A stretch of 64,000 nucleotides of DNA. Origin: Octopus sinensis. Taxonomy: Eukaryota. Every line of letters begins with the position of its first letter. Positions within the stretch are counted from its first letter, which is position 1. Below the pieces are notes generated by a model. The model saw only the letters and a list, made by a program, of their open reading frames with translations. It did no database searches and was not told where the DNA came from. The DNA is taken from contig NC_042997.1 in the NCBI RefSeq assembly GCF_006345805.1, forward strand, positions 139,314,001 through 139,378,000, read 5' to 3'. Positions 24,291 to 37,676 of the stretch are shown in pieces. A program made the translations under genes and the position numbers.

Positions 24291-24951
24291 ACGCCATACA
24301 GATTGCATCACCACAGTTTTGAATGAAACTTTATATGGATTATTTTATAATTTACATATTTTAGAATTTAGAAGTTTTAGATGACATATAGCTGTTCCTG
24401 ATTTATTAATTCAGCATATATGGAGCACGTCTGTCAATACAAATCTCTGAAACAGAGTAAATCTGCTAGTATATGCACAAAAATCTACAGATATACAAAC
24501 AGCTTTTAGACATTATATGATTAGCTTAAGCTAGCAATGAAAATTCCTAGACAACCTTCTAAATGATGTTCTGCGAACAACAAAAAAACTGAGTGCATGG
24601 ACTTGTTCGCTAGGAAACATGTAATTCAGATGGAAGAGCTTATCCACAAAATCACTTGCTCAGCAAGAATGATAGCAAACTTTTACTGCCATCTTTTCTC
24701 TTTCTCTGATCAATCTACTTAGACAATTTTCAATTTCCCAGTCTACGTGTGCAAAATCACTATATCAAGTATAATCTCACTCAAACATGTACGCACTCGT
24801 TCAGTCACACATATACACACAAACACACACACACAAATACACACACAAAAACACACAACATACTCATACACACACATACTCATACACACACACATATATA
24901 TGTATGTATACATAATATATAAATATAAATATATATATGCATATATATATA

Positions 24952-24983
<32 letters not shown>

Positions 24984-24986
<3 letters not shown>

Positions 24987-25265
24987 AGGCGCAATGGCCT
25001 AGTGGTTAGGGCAGCAGACTCGCGGTCGTAGGATCGCGGTTTCGATTCCCAGACCGGGCGTTGTGAGTGTTTATTGAGCGAAAACACCTAAGAGCTCCAC
25101 GAGGCTCCGGCAGGGGGTGGTGATCCCTGGTGTACTCTTTCACCACTCTTTCTTCTGTTGGCCTGCTCGCTTAGCCAGCGGGGTGGCGTCATTCGAAGGC
25201 TAAAACAATGCGAACGCATTGTGACCAGCGATGTGTAACTACATCTGATGGACTGGTCGGTCACG
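24984..25265 (+). mobile_element. tRNA-derived SINE family D
   Basis: TGGAGGCGCAATGGCCTAGTGGTTAGGGCAGCAGACTCGCGG..GGTTTCGATTCCC; matches 8877-9144 (-). Confidence 0.85.
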
Positions 25266-25276
25266 AGATGATGGTG

Positions 25277-25360
<84 letters not shown>

Positions 25361-25788
25361 ATAGATATATATATATACATACACATCCATGCTTATATAT
25401 ACATTTTTATATATATATATGTATATATATATATACATACATACATACACATCCATGCTTATATATACACACATATATATAATATATGTATATATATATA
25501 TATATATACATACACATACGTGCTTATATATACATATATGATGTACACATATATGAAGAGAAATGTACTTACATGCATATATGTAAACTTACATGTGCTT
25601 GTCTATACTTGTGTCTTTGTGTAGGTGGGGCGGGAAGGGGCGTGTATGTGAGAGGGTGTCTCGGGTAGTGGATTTGGCGCGAACAGTGTCGAGACAGAAT
25701 AAATGGTGTAAAGAATTCAGTTCCAGGTGAACTGTTTGGAGTTTAATTTACGCTGGAATTGATTTTATCGATAAAATAGTTGTCTGTT

Positions 25789-25789
<1 letters not shown>

Positions 25790-25820
<31 letters not shown>

Positions 25821-27270
25821 TGTATGTATGTATGTATGTATGTGTGTGTGTATGTATGTACGTATGTACGTATGTATGTGTGTATGTATGTATGTATGTA
25901 TGTATGTATGTATGTATGTATGCATGTGTGTATGTATTATGTATTTGTGTATGTGTGTGTGTATATATGTATGCATGTGTGTACGCACGAATGAATGTAT
26001 GTATGCATGTATGTATGTATGTATGTATGTATGTATGTATGTGTGTATGTATGTATGTATGTATGTATGTATGTATGTTTGTATGTATGTTTGTATGTAT
26101 GTATGTATGTATGTATGTATGTATGTATGTATGTTTGTATGTATGTATGTATGTATGTATGTTTGTATGTATGTATGTATGTATGTATGTATGTATGTGT
26201 GTGTGTATGTATGTACGTATGTACGTATGTATGTGTGTATGTATGTATATATGTATGTATGTATGTACGCACGAATGAATGTATGTATGCATGTATGTAT
26301 GTATGTATGTATGTATGTATGTATGTAGTATGTATCTGTGTGAATGTATGTGTGTATGTGTGTATGTATGTATAAATGAATGTATGCATATATGTATGTA
26401 TGTATGTGTGTGACTGTGTGTGTATGTATATATGCATGTGTATGTATACGTGTATTTATGTATATATGTGTGTATGTATGAACGTATGTATGTAGGAATG
26501 TGTGTATGTAAGTATATATGTATGAATGAATGTACGCATGTGTGTATGCATGTATGTAGGAATGAATGTATGTATGCACGTTTGTATGTATGTATATATG
26601 TATGTATACATGTATTATGAATGCATGTATACATGTATGCATATGTGTGTGTTTATTTATGGGAGAATATACGTGTGTACCTGTACTTGTATATATATCT
26701 ATGTATGTGTGTGCATGTAGTTGCGTGTGTATGTATAAACGTTTGTGTACACTTGCGTAGTTATGTATGAGCGTGTGTGTATTTGTATGGACGTATGGAT
26801 AGATGTATAGTTATTTTTGTCTTTATATATGTTCGAATGTATGGATATATATACACACACAAGCGCGAATATATATATGTGTGTAGGTATATGCATGTAT
26901 ATTTGTTGCATGTGTGTCTGTGTTTGCATCTATAAACGTGTGTATGGCTGGATTTATTTATGCATATTTATATGCAATCACGTGTGTATATATATGTATG
27001 CTTCCATGTTTGTGTGTATGCATGTATGCTTCCTAACTGTTATTTCTATCTGTAAGTAATTATGTACGTATGTATGTATATATGTGCATATATGCATTAT
27101 GTACATATGTATGTATGCATGTATGTATGTATGTACGTATGTGTGTATGTACGTATGTATATATGTATGTATGGATGTATGGATGTATGTATGTGTGTAT
27201 GTACGTATGTATGTATGTATGGATGTATGTATGTATGTATGTATGTATGTGCATACATGTATGTATGTGT
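25790..27270. repeat. ~1.5-kb degenerate (TATG)n array
   Basis: Direct inspection. The variant block TACGCACGAATGAATGTATG recurs at ~25982 and ~26266. Confidence 0.95.
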
Positions 27271-27451
27271 ATATGCATGTTTGTGGTAAGGGGGTGCGAA
27301 TGACTGAATATACGGGTGGATGGATATATGACTATAATGCTCTTTAGCATTATAATTCTTTAGTTGGAGCCAAATATTTTGAAGTAGAACATTCAGCTAT
27401 TACATTCTATTTCTGACTATGTCAACGCATGTGTGTATGTTGTGTGTGTGT

Positions 27452-27485
<34 letters not shown>

Positions 27486-29079
27486 GTGTGTGCGTGTGTG
27501 TGTGTGTGTGGTATGCGCACGGCTGTAGTGGACAGTGGATTGCTAGACGTTGTTCTACACTGATTACTAGAATTAAAGATTGCTAGTGTGAGACACGGAA
27601 TACGAACTTATTCCAGTAACAGTTAAAATCTTTCAGGGGATCCATTCCTCTCGATTTGTGAAGATGAAGAATTATGGCTTAAATCTCATGAAGCCAAGAC
27701 TATGGTTTTTACACGATTGTCAGCTAAAAATACCCACGATAGTTGACTGTAGCAGAATGTTCTAAAATTTATTCGAAAGTGAGTAATTTTGTAAGATTCT
27801 GTTGCAAAGTCTACTCTGGCGTAAAATTGGTGCATCAAATTCTTCTGTATTCTTCGAAGTAAGACTTCGAAGTTTTAGGTTGTATAATGTTGTTTGTTCA
27901 TTTTTTTTTAATCTTATGTCTGTGTTCTTTAATATTTGTATGAATACATACATATCTGTGTATGTGTGTGTGAGTGTTTCTGTGTGTATGTGTGTGTTTG
28001 TGCGTGCGTGCGTGTGTGTGTGTGTGTGTGTGTTGTGTGTGTGTGTGTGTCTGTGTGTCTGTGTGTCTGTGTGTCTGTGTGTGTATGTTTGTTTGTGCGC
28101 GCGCGTGTGTGGCACCTTGGGCAAATATCTTCTACACTAGGCTCAGGCTGACCAAAAAAATTCTGAATGGATTTTGGTTGTTGGAAACTAAAAGAAGTTG
28201 TTAAACAACTTCTATATTGAGTGGTTCCCCAATTTATGAGCCACAGAGCAAATGTATGAAAAATAAGGATAAGCGCAAAACTATATTTTATACTTCCCAA
28301 ACGTCTTGCATCATTATGATAGTTTGGAGCCCAGCAATAGGTGTTATAGCTTATTTTTTAATATGCAAAGCATGACATAACAAATAGGTGACGAACAAAT
28401 CTCACGGCCGTTTCCGCATCCGTTGCCAAGCGCTGTCTATAAATAATTGCGAAATTAGAATTCTTCATCTTCATAGGACATTCGAATTAAGGCACGAAGC
28501 TTCATCGGAGTAAAAAAAACAAGAGCATCCAAAGGGAAGAAGGAACAGGAAAGAGAACATGACCTAGAAAAGAAGTCTAGAAGCCCAATATATTAGAAGT
28601 ATATGATATACCATTCTTGGAGCTACGAGGTCCGTAGGTAAAAGAGTGAACTAGTAATGGTCTACGGAATGCTACAATTTATTTACGAGTAGTTTCAATT
28701 TAAGATGTTTTAAAATTTAAGGAAACTTACTAACATGATTATCAAAGGGCAGTACCTATGCTAACAAAGTAAACTCATGTAAATGTATCGAAAACATAGC
28801 CGTAGGGTGATTAAGAAAGTTTACTCACAGAAATATTACTGAGAATCCCACCTATTGTCCACAATGGAGCAAGTCTAAGTCCAGCCGTCTCTACAATTGG
28901 TCAGTTATAATTTGAACCAAGGTCATAAATTAAAACCGTTAAGTATCCTAAATACAAAATATGTTAGATAAAAGATTTTACGAAATAAAAGGGAGAAATA
29001 TCATGCTTAAGGGGAAAAGCTGGTCTTAGTTACTAGGGACTGTGACAGAGCTACACGATCTGTTGAATACAAGAATTAT

Positions 29080-29520
29080 AATTGACGTGAGATACCAGAA
29101 ATATAATACATTTGATGACAGACCTATTAAAGATGTTATATACCATAGATACAAGAGGTATTGGATAACAGTCATAAAAGACGTTAGCTATCTTAGACAG
29201 AAGACAGTTGAGAGCTATAAAACAACAAGAATTATAAGCTATGTTAGATGTTAGAGATACAAGTGATTTTATATAACAGATCTATAGCAGATGTTAGATA
29301 TAATAGATACAAGATATACTAGATATAAAATCTATAAGGGATAGCAGATATCACCGAAATATAACATATTGGGAAACAGAATTGTAAGAGATGTTCATTA
29401 TCAGAGATAGAAAAGATATTAAGGAACAAATTTATTAAAGACGCTAGATATCATAGATTTAAATGATATTTGACATAAGATCGATAACAGGGTTTAGATA
29501 GTCCAGATACAAGACAGTTG
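29080..29520. repeat. Highly degenerate ~50-55-bp minisatellite, about 9 units
   Basis: AGATACAAG-like cores recur at ~29090, 29146, 29195, 29255, 29305, 29350, 29405, 29456, 29503. Confidence 0.55.
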
Positions 29521-29886
29521 GATAACAAAGTTGTAAAAGCCGGTTGCTGTTGGCTTGATTAGACATACGAAAAAGGCATTCCAACCGTTACGTCACGGTT
29601 TTGTCCACGCTTAGGCTATCTAGAAGCGTATTATCTAATATATCTTTTCCTTTCCAGACACGAAAGAGTATGCTGTAAGGAAATTTTAGCTGTCATTTCT
29701 GAAAGCCCGCCGTGCGCAGTTGCCCGTATGTGTGTGGGTGTATGCGCGGGCGTGGGTGTATGCGCGGGCGTGTGTATATGTGTGTGTGTGTGTTTATATG
29801 TTTGAGTGCATGTATGTATGTATGTATGTATGTATGTATGTATGTATGTATGTATGTATATGTGTGTGTGTATGTATGTATGTATG

Positions 29887-29920
<34 letters not shown>

Positions 29921-31312
29921 TGTATGTATGTATGTATGTATGTATGTATGTATGTATGTATGTATGTTAGTAGACAGAGAGATAGACAGATATAACAAAA
30001 CGTCAGATTTTCGCGCTTGACTGACTGTCCACTACTCCACCAAAAGTATTGAGTTCTATATCGTATAATGCTTGCATTATGTAAAAATATTCTTATATAC
30101 TTTGCAACTCTTGCATAATTATGTGTGTGTGTGGTACACTCACACAATGTGGTGAGGATCAAAATAAATGATGTGTCCATATATTTTTAACATGCTCCTT
30201 TACGTGAAAGCCATTCGCTTCGGTGTTTTGTCTTGGAGTAAAAAGAATTCCCCTCTTTAGAGTTTGTGTTTAAAAACATACAGCTGAGCCTCAGTTGAAG
30301 ATAGTGGACTACTACAAACAGCGTTTCGGCATTATGTAGCCTTCTCAGTTTTACATAACTCACTTGGTCATCTGGCGCCAAGCCTGAAGTTTTTTTTTTC
30401 CAAAAATAGAAAAGAGCAAATAATATATTTGCCATGCTAGAATTAATTTAGAATTGACACTAAAATATTTACCACAAACTCATACCTGATGCTTTTCTAT
30501 TAGAGTTCTCTATTTCCTGGTTTGGTTGACTTATATAAGAATACACTTGACCGGGGTAACATTAGATTTTCAAGAGTGTACAGTATATTAAACTGTGTCG
30601 TGAATTATGTCTATTCTGGCCGTTGTTATAAAAATAGTTTGTTTTTAAAGCAGGAATATGGCTCAGAATGCTATCCGTTTACATACAAAATAATTGATCA
30701 ACGTTGGTGTATTAAACTCTTCTCCATTGAATATGTCATATGACAGTTAGAAAAAGAGATATGAATAAATGGTATAATAATTGTTTACATAAAAGTGCAA
30801 CAGATAATTATTGTTCATTATTCTGTGGAAAAATAATATTCCAATTAGTGCTAGTTCATTCCCATTAAACATGTTAAAGCATATCCTTTCTTTGTTAACA
30901 AGTTGTGCACTAAGTAAGACAACAATGTGTGGAGCAAATAAGATAAATGATAGCTGCTACATAAATTTTGTTTTTCTTAAGAATGAGACATTCTGTAATA
31001 ATTAATTCATAGGAAAAGGTGAATCGTATATTACTGAGGTTTCTTTACAACCTGTTTGTAAGCAGTGGCTTGTCTTTTTTAATAAACGAGCTTTTCTGAT
31101 TAATTACTGTTTTACCTGGGGTACTGTCTGCACGTTGAAAAGAGTGGGAAGACAAAGTTTTTTTGAGATTTCGTTTATACTCATAGTTTCGGGTTCGGTC
31201 CGATTGTGTGGGATCTTGAGCATGCGTTTTCTACTTTAGCATCGGGCCGCCCAAAGCCTTGTGAGTGGATCTGATTGACGAAAACTGAAATAAACCCATA
31301 TATATAATATAT

Positions 31313-31401
<89 letters not shown>

Positions 31402-31719
31402 CTATATATATATATAAAACTCAACTTGTGTGTCTGTGTGTTTAACTTCCCGGCACATCTCCTCGTAGCCAACAAAACGTAGAACCACCAAAAATGGGTC
31501 CGAAATTAATCCCGCAAGTGCAAAAATGGATAATGTGTTTGTTTAGGCCTTATCCCATGCATTGAATAGTGAAATTTACTCAGTTACATTCTGATTTCAA
31601 ATTCCGCCGAGGTCCGCTTTCCTTTTCATCATTTCAGGGTCGATTAAAAACTGTACCAGTTGCACACTGAGATCGATATAATCGACTTGATCTTTTTGTC
31701 TGTCATTCTTTGTCTTCCG

Positions 31720-32020
31720 AGGGGAGAGAGAGGGAGTGACAGAGAGAGAGGGAGAGGGAGAGAGAGAGTGACAGAGAGAGAGTGAGTGAGGGACAGAGAG
31801 TGTGATAGAAAGAGTGAGGGACGGAGAGAGTGAGAGAGAGAGTGAGAGAAAGAGAGAGTGAAATAGAGCGATAGAGGGAGATAGAGAGCGAGAGAGAGTG
31901 AGGAAGAGAATGAGAGAGAGAGAGTGTGAGAAAGAGAGAATGAGAGAGTGAGAGAGAAAGAGTGAAATAGAGAGTTAGAGAGATAGTGAGAGAGAGAGTG
32001 AGATAGAGAATGAGAGAGAA
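31720..32020. repeat. Degenerate (GA)n polypurine tract
   Basis: Direct inspection. Confidence 0.9.
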
Positions 32021-32516
32021 AACCGGGCAATATTGCTAGTATATATATATATTTATACAATATATAACATATATATATATATAATATATATATATGTGTG
32101 TGTGTGTGTGTGTACATGGAGGCGTCTGTGTGTGTATGTGATTGTGCGTGGGTGGGTGTCCACGTGAATGTGCATGTGTCTTTGTCTTTGTGTTTGACCC
32201 CCCCACCTTCGTTTCCCAACTGGTGTTGGTTTGTTTATGTCGCCGTAAATTAACGATTCGGCAAAATAAACCAATGGAATATATACCAGACTTAAAAATA
32301 ATAAGTATTGGATCCGATTTGTTCGATTACAAACCCCTTTAAGGCGGTGCTGGTGCATGGAAGCAGTCCAATGATTGAAACAACAAAAAGATACAAGATG
32401 TGTGTGTGTGTGCTTGTTTGAGTGTGTGTATGTGCCTTTGTCTGTGTGTTTATGCATGCATGTATTTACGTATGTATATACATATATGTATGTGTGTGTA
32501 TATATGTATATATAAA

Positions 32517-32742
32517 TAAGGGAATGCTGAAAAATTTCTGGTTTAGGGTTTAGGGTAAAAGAAAATACAGAAGGATTGGTTACTAATGATTTTATTCAAC
32601 CTATTCCCCTCTCTGACTCACACACTTATTTCAGCAGTTCTTCAGTTTTTCTAAGCCCTGTAAAAGAACTCGGAAGTTTAGGCCTCCAATCAGGTCTTTC
32701 ACGGTACCCTTAAAACCAGGAACTTTTCAGCGCCCACTAGTA
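32517..32742. mobile_element. Mariner-type MITE, ~225 bp
   Basis: Imperfect TIRs: GGAATGCTGAAAAATTTCTGGTTTAGGGT versus the reverse complement of the right end GGGCGCTGAAAAGTTCCTGGTTTTAAGGGT; TA at both ends. Confidence 0.7.
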
Positions 32743-32749
32743 TATTAGA

Positions 32750-33573
32750 CGAAGTGCATTCCAGAAGTTTAGACTTCTTTTTAGGACAGCTGTTATAACT
32801 GTCTTAGATTATTGTAATTTTAGCATATCATTTCTATACGTCTATTAAGTTGACCCGCGAACGTTTGTTGTTCCAGACTGAAGGAGACAGTTATAGCAGC
32901 ACTTTGAACATGCACAACTAAATAGTGCATGTCACAGCTGGCTGGGTTTTTTTCAGAATGCAGTCGGGACGTGACAATTTAGAAGCTACAGAAACTTACG
33001 AAATGTTTCTGACAAGCTTATGGATTAACTTGTATGAGCTGAGCATCTGTTTTTCGTTGGCACATGAGGCTAAACAGAGCAAGTCTACCAGAAAGCTCGA
33101 GGTGGACCTCTTTTTCGATAGCAGGGGCATCATCTACATGCACTGGGTTCCTGCTGACCAGACGATCATCAAAGAATACTTTACGGAGATTTTGAAGGAG
33201 TTCAAGAAGAGATTTCGTCGCAAAAATCCAGATCAGTTGCAGCGAGGTGATGCACCAGCTCCCAATTCCATCCTGATAACCATCTACTTGACAGAAACGG
33301 ACAAAACTGTCTCTCGCCCTCCCTACAGTCCAGACCTTGCTCCCTGTGATATTAGGTTGTTCTCCGAGTTGAAGGAGAAGATGGAAGAGATGAAGACAAG
33401 GATCCTGGACACCTTCATTTTAGAGGGCCTCCATGTAGCCTTCACGATGTGGCTAGAGCGCTTCCACAAATGCATTGAAGTCAGATCATTCTAATTTTAA
33501 AGGTTTCTTTACTTCTTTGAAATTAATAACTATCTCTCATTAAAAAGTCTCAAAACCTTTGGAATGCACCTTG
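32750..33573 (+). mobile_element. Internally deleted mariner (DD34D-type) element
   Basis: TIRs CGAAGTGCATTCCAGAAGTTT and AAACCTTTGGAATGCACCTTG followed by TA. ORF 32925-33494 contains FFDSRGIIYMHWVP and RPPYSPDLAPCD. Confidence 0.85.
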
Positions 33574-34300
33574 TATATGTATATGAGTGTGTGTAAGTGT
33601 GTGTTTGTGCGTGTGCATGTATTATGTAACAATTTATGTGTATGAATATCGTAGCTTTCACCCAGACTACAACATACAACACTGTCTTAATGCTGTCGTT
33701 TGCAATGACTCATTAATGAAATACACAAGATTGAAGCATATAAATCGTTGAATAAATGACGATTATTGCCATTGATATAACAACAACAACAACAATAATA
33801 ATAATAAATTATATCATTATTGCCATCCATAATCCGGCAGGGTTGAATGAGAACTGATGAGTGGTGGGTTATGAATTCAGCTTTGTAATGGTGGAAATAA
33901 CACCATTACATTTGCGTTGTTTGCAGTCATTGACTTGTTACACCGCTATATTGTTGTACGGTTTCAAACCGCGAACCAAAGTGGGAAGGAATTCAACGAT
34001 GGAAACAAGCCATCTGCGAACTAAATTTGATTCACTACTCGATATCTGTCGGATTCCGGAACTATGCTGGTATGGTGTTGATGAGCGACAGCAGGATGTA
34101 AATTGGATGATAAGAGAGAGAGACAGACAGAGAGAGACACAGAGAGAGATCGACAGACAGATAGACAGAGACAGAGAGTGGGGAGAGACAGAGAGACACT
34201 CACACAGACAGAAGGGGTTCTTCAATGGCGAAAATAGGGAAATAGAATTCATTATTTGCTATCATTGTTGTTGTTGATGTTGTTGTTGTGGTGGTGGTGG

Positions 34301-34331
<31 letters not shown>

Positions 34332-34587
34332 GCTGCTACTGCTGCTGCTGCTGCTACCGCTGCTGCCATCTGTCTCTCTATATATGTCGCTCTGACAAGA
34401 TGATGGCCATAACTATAATTCAAAAACTGTTTGAGCAAAGATTGCGTTTATTTCTTCTCTTCTTTTGTTATCTGTTTGCTATATTTTTTGTTTATTTCTT
34501 CTTTGTCATCCCTTCTCTCTTTCTCCCTCTAACGTGCTCTCTCTTTCTCTCTCGCCAATTCTCTATCTTTCTCTCCTTATATATATC

Positions 34588-34798
34588 CAGGGTGGCCCAA
34601 AAGTAGGCTTACAGTTATACAACTATCTCTTTCGTATACATATATTAACAGTTTAGATCTTAATTATAGAAAATATGAAACCATTATTCTATGCTAATTT
34701 AGTTAATTGTAAGATAGAAATTTAAGTGTAATAAAATGTTTTAAAAGAAATTTAAAGTGCGTACGTGATAACTGTAAACCTACTTTTGGGCTACCATG
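34588..34798. mobile_element. Tc1/mariner-type MITE, 211 bp
   Basis: TIR CAGGGTGGCCCAAAAGTAGGCTTACAGTTAT versus right-end reverse complement CATGGTAGCCCAAAAGTAGGTTTACAGTTAT; TA at 34799-34800. Confidence 0.85.
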
Positions 34799-34803
34799 TA
34801 TAC

Positions 34804-34861
<58 letters not shown>

Positions 34862-34912
34862 TAGGCGTATATATATTGGGTTGCTTCAGATTTACCGAGC
34901 AGCCTATATGTG

Positions 34913-35004
<92 letters not shown>

Positions 35005-35130
35005 ATATGTCAAATTTAAAACTATAAGCCAATCGAATCTATCTAGGAAAATCAATATCAAGCGGACAGATGAATTCGACTTATTGAGTATATATGTGGA
35101 TGTCCGCTTGCTTTACATGGTACAATCATG

Positions 35131-35163
<33 letters not shown>

Positions 35164-35412
35164 ATTAATATTAATTTTATTGACTTTTTGTGTGGTTATA
35201 CATTTTAATGAACTGGACTGTTATATATATATGTCTGCTTTAAATTTAAATGTGAGTCCAATATGGAAAATAATTGTGTTTGTTAATGTATACTGATATA
35301 TTTTGTTTATATTGTATTAATGTGTATATATATATGTGCAGAATTATGAGTGTCTATGCACACATTTTTATATTTTTTTATTTCTATATTTATATGTAAA
35401 TTTTTTTCATAC

Positions 35413-35544
35413 TTACATTAAATTCTCTGAAGAGGCCGTGAGACATTCTTGTTAATGTCTCATTTATACCTGCTTTATATGGCTAATAGGTTAAATGGGA
35501 CATACCTGTCTTCACGGCCGAAACAGCTGTCAGCTACGATGTAA
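35413..35544 (+). ncRNA. Type I hammerhead ribozyme with intact core and extended stem II (probable Penelope-like pLTR)
   Basis: CTGAAGA 35427-35433; stem II GGCCGTGA/TCACGGCC; GAAA 35520-35523; stem III AC-AGCT-GT (palindromic); GUC 35529-35531; stem I only 2 bp plus distal TTACATT/GATGTAA. Confidence 0.7.
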
Positions 35545-35877
35545 TTGTATTTTCTATTTCTATTTCTATGTCTAGTTATATTTGTAATATATTATGTATA
35601 ATGTCATTGCTGTTGTGTAATGGTTTAATAAAGTATTGAATGGGTATTATCTGATGGTTGATGATTGATTTAGGTATGTTTCTCCATTTTCTCATTTTGT
35701 ATTATTAATTTACGGTAATAATTTTACCCTTGCCCACATAATACAGTGGATGAATTAATTGCACCGCAATTTTTAACATTTATGTATTAGTTTTGTTGGG
35801 TACCTCTCTAGCAGTATATTGGATATATGTTATCCCATGGAGGGCTGAATTTACAATCCCTATCTCATTTTATATAT

Positions 35878-35917
<40 letters not shown>

Positions 35918-36062
35918 TGGCGTAGGAGTGGCTGCGTGTTCGAAAGAGGAGAAATTGAAAGGAAAAGCAAAAGAGAGAGGACAGAGAAAGAGGGAGCGAT
36001 AAAAGGGGACAAAAAAGACAAAAAGAATTAAAAGGGAATAGAACGGCGGAAGAAAGACTATG

Positions 36063-36112
<50 letters not shown>

Positions 36113-36119
36113 TTTTCTT

Positions 36120-36480
36120 TTTTCTTTTACTTGTTTCAGTCATTTGACTGCGGCCATGCTGGAGCACCGCCTTTAGTCGATCAAATCGACCCCGGGACTT
36201 ATTCTTTGTAAGCCCAGTACTTATTCTATCGGTCTCTTTTGCCGAACCGCTAAGTGACGGGGACGTAAACACACCAGCATCGGTTGTCAAGCAATGCTAG
36301 GGGGACAAACACAGACACACAAACCTACACACACACACACATATATATATATAATACATATATACGACAGGCTTCTTTCAGTTTCCGTCTACCAAATCCA
36401 CTCAAAAGGCATTGGTCGGCCCGGGGCTATAGCAGAAGACACTTGCCCAAGATGCCACGCAGTGGGACTGAACCCGGAAC
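36120..36480 (-). mobile_element. SINE family B plus 3' module
   Basis: Reverse complement reads GTTCCGGGTTCAGTCCCACTGCGTGGCATCTTGGGCAAGTGTCTTC and TTGACAACCGATGCTGG..GACTGAAACAAGTAAAAG. Confidence 0.85.
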
Positions 36481-36883
36481 CATATATATATATATATATA
36501 TAAAGGAATAAAGGAATACAAAAAATGGGACAAGAACGCAAAACACACAGACAGATAAGACAAAAAAGGGACAAGATAAAACAAGGACGGGTCATTCGAA
36601 GTTTTCTTTCCTCAGTCGAGTTCCAGATTATCTTTGCAATTTCGGCTGGTTATACTCGAAATTACTCCAATCTGGCCAGCCCAAGGAAAAACTAAGCTAA
36701 GGACACTAGATTCCTTGGAAGAAAGCAGCGAATGTATACGAAAACAAGGACGGAAAAAAAAAAGAAAAGTGACAGAGTGAAGTGAAAGAGGACGGAAGGT
36801 GAGAATGAAGAGAAAGCCAGGAAATATGAGAGAGGGGGAACGAAAGAAAGAAAGAGGAGTCACACACACATACACACACATAT

Positions 36884-36935
<52 letters not shown>

Positions 36936-37008
36936 TATATTATATATATATATATTATATATATATATATCTCCAAATTTAATATACAATTATTCATAAT
37001 TGTAGTGT

Positions 37009-37099
37009 CCTACGCTGATGAGAAAAAAAGTTGGGTAAGACATAATTATCTAATTCTTAGGCTTTCCTAAAACTTAATTTCGAAACGTACGTCCGTAGG
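37009..37099 (+). ncRNA. Type I hammerhead ribozyme, copy 1
   Basis: Stem I CCTACG/CGTAGG; CTGATGA 37015-37021; stem II GAAA/TTTC with extension; GAAA 37082-37085; stem III AC-GTAC-GT; GUC 37091-37093. Confidence 0.85.
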
Positions 37100-37585
37100 T
37101 GACTTAATATTGTATGATTGTCGTCATTTCTTGCTCTCTTGCCTACGTCTGCCTTCTAAGTGTTGTGGTTTTACTGAGATCTCCCTTTTAGTAGAAAGAA
37201 TAGCTATAACTCTTTGACTGCTATTTCTAAACTCGGTGTGTGGTGAGGCAAATCGTTGCTAAACCCTTAATTACTTAGTATTACTTAAACTTTCCTCGAA
37301 TGGGGCTTTTACATGCCGAAATCTACTTGGTGAAATTAATGATTATTCCAAATTAATTAATTTCACCTTATATTATTACTGATAACCATATTTCATCCCA
37401 GTAAATGACCACAACATCTTGTCCTGACAGCACGCTGGTGGGAGGGGGTTGGTGACACAAACTTTCATTCACACTTTGAATTTGGTGATACTGGTAACGG
37501 CTTTAGCTCGCTCTGATACTAGGAGTTGAGGTGATGTCTTCTAGTATCTCCAAATTTAATATACAATTATTCATAATTGTAGTGT

Positions 37586-37676
37586 CCTACGCTGATGAGA
37601 AAAAAAGTTGGGTAAGACATAATTATCTAATTCTTATGCTTTCCTAAAACTTAATTTCGAAACGTACGTCCGTAGG
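37586..37676 (+). ncRNA. Type I hammerhead ribozyme, copy 2
   Basis: Core identical to copy 1: CTGATGA 37592-37598, GAAA 37659-37662, GUC 37668-37670. Confidence 0.85.

Noticed and set aside
24984-25060. tRNA-like sequences with A and B boxes (also 6990-7060, 9070-9144, 17720-17790, 57270-57347)
   Set aside because: Each continues into a shared SINE body and lacks a closed acceptor stem; these are SINE heads, not tRNA genes.
25765-26642. Long ORFs (up to 289 aa) of YIHT/MYVC repeats; likewise 23640-24314, 11269-11714, 27060-27350, 29693-30020 and similar
   Set aside because: Stop-free read-through of (TATG)n, (TAGA)n and (TG)n microsatellites; no protein signal.
32540-32556. TTTAGGGTTTAGGG telomere-like repeat
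   Set aside because: Only two units, explained as a 7-bp slip duplication inside a MITE TIR.
36585-36630. Minus-strand CTGAGGA-AAG-AAAA-CTTC-GAAT hammerhead-like motif
   Set aside because: GAAT instead of GAAA, stem II out of register, and no stem I.
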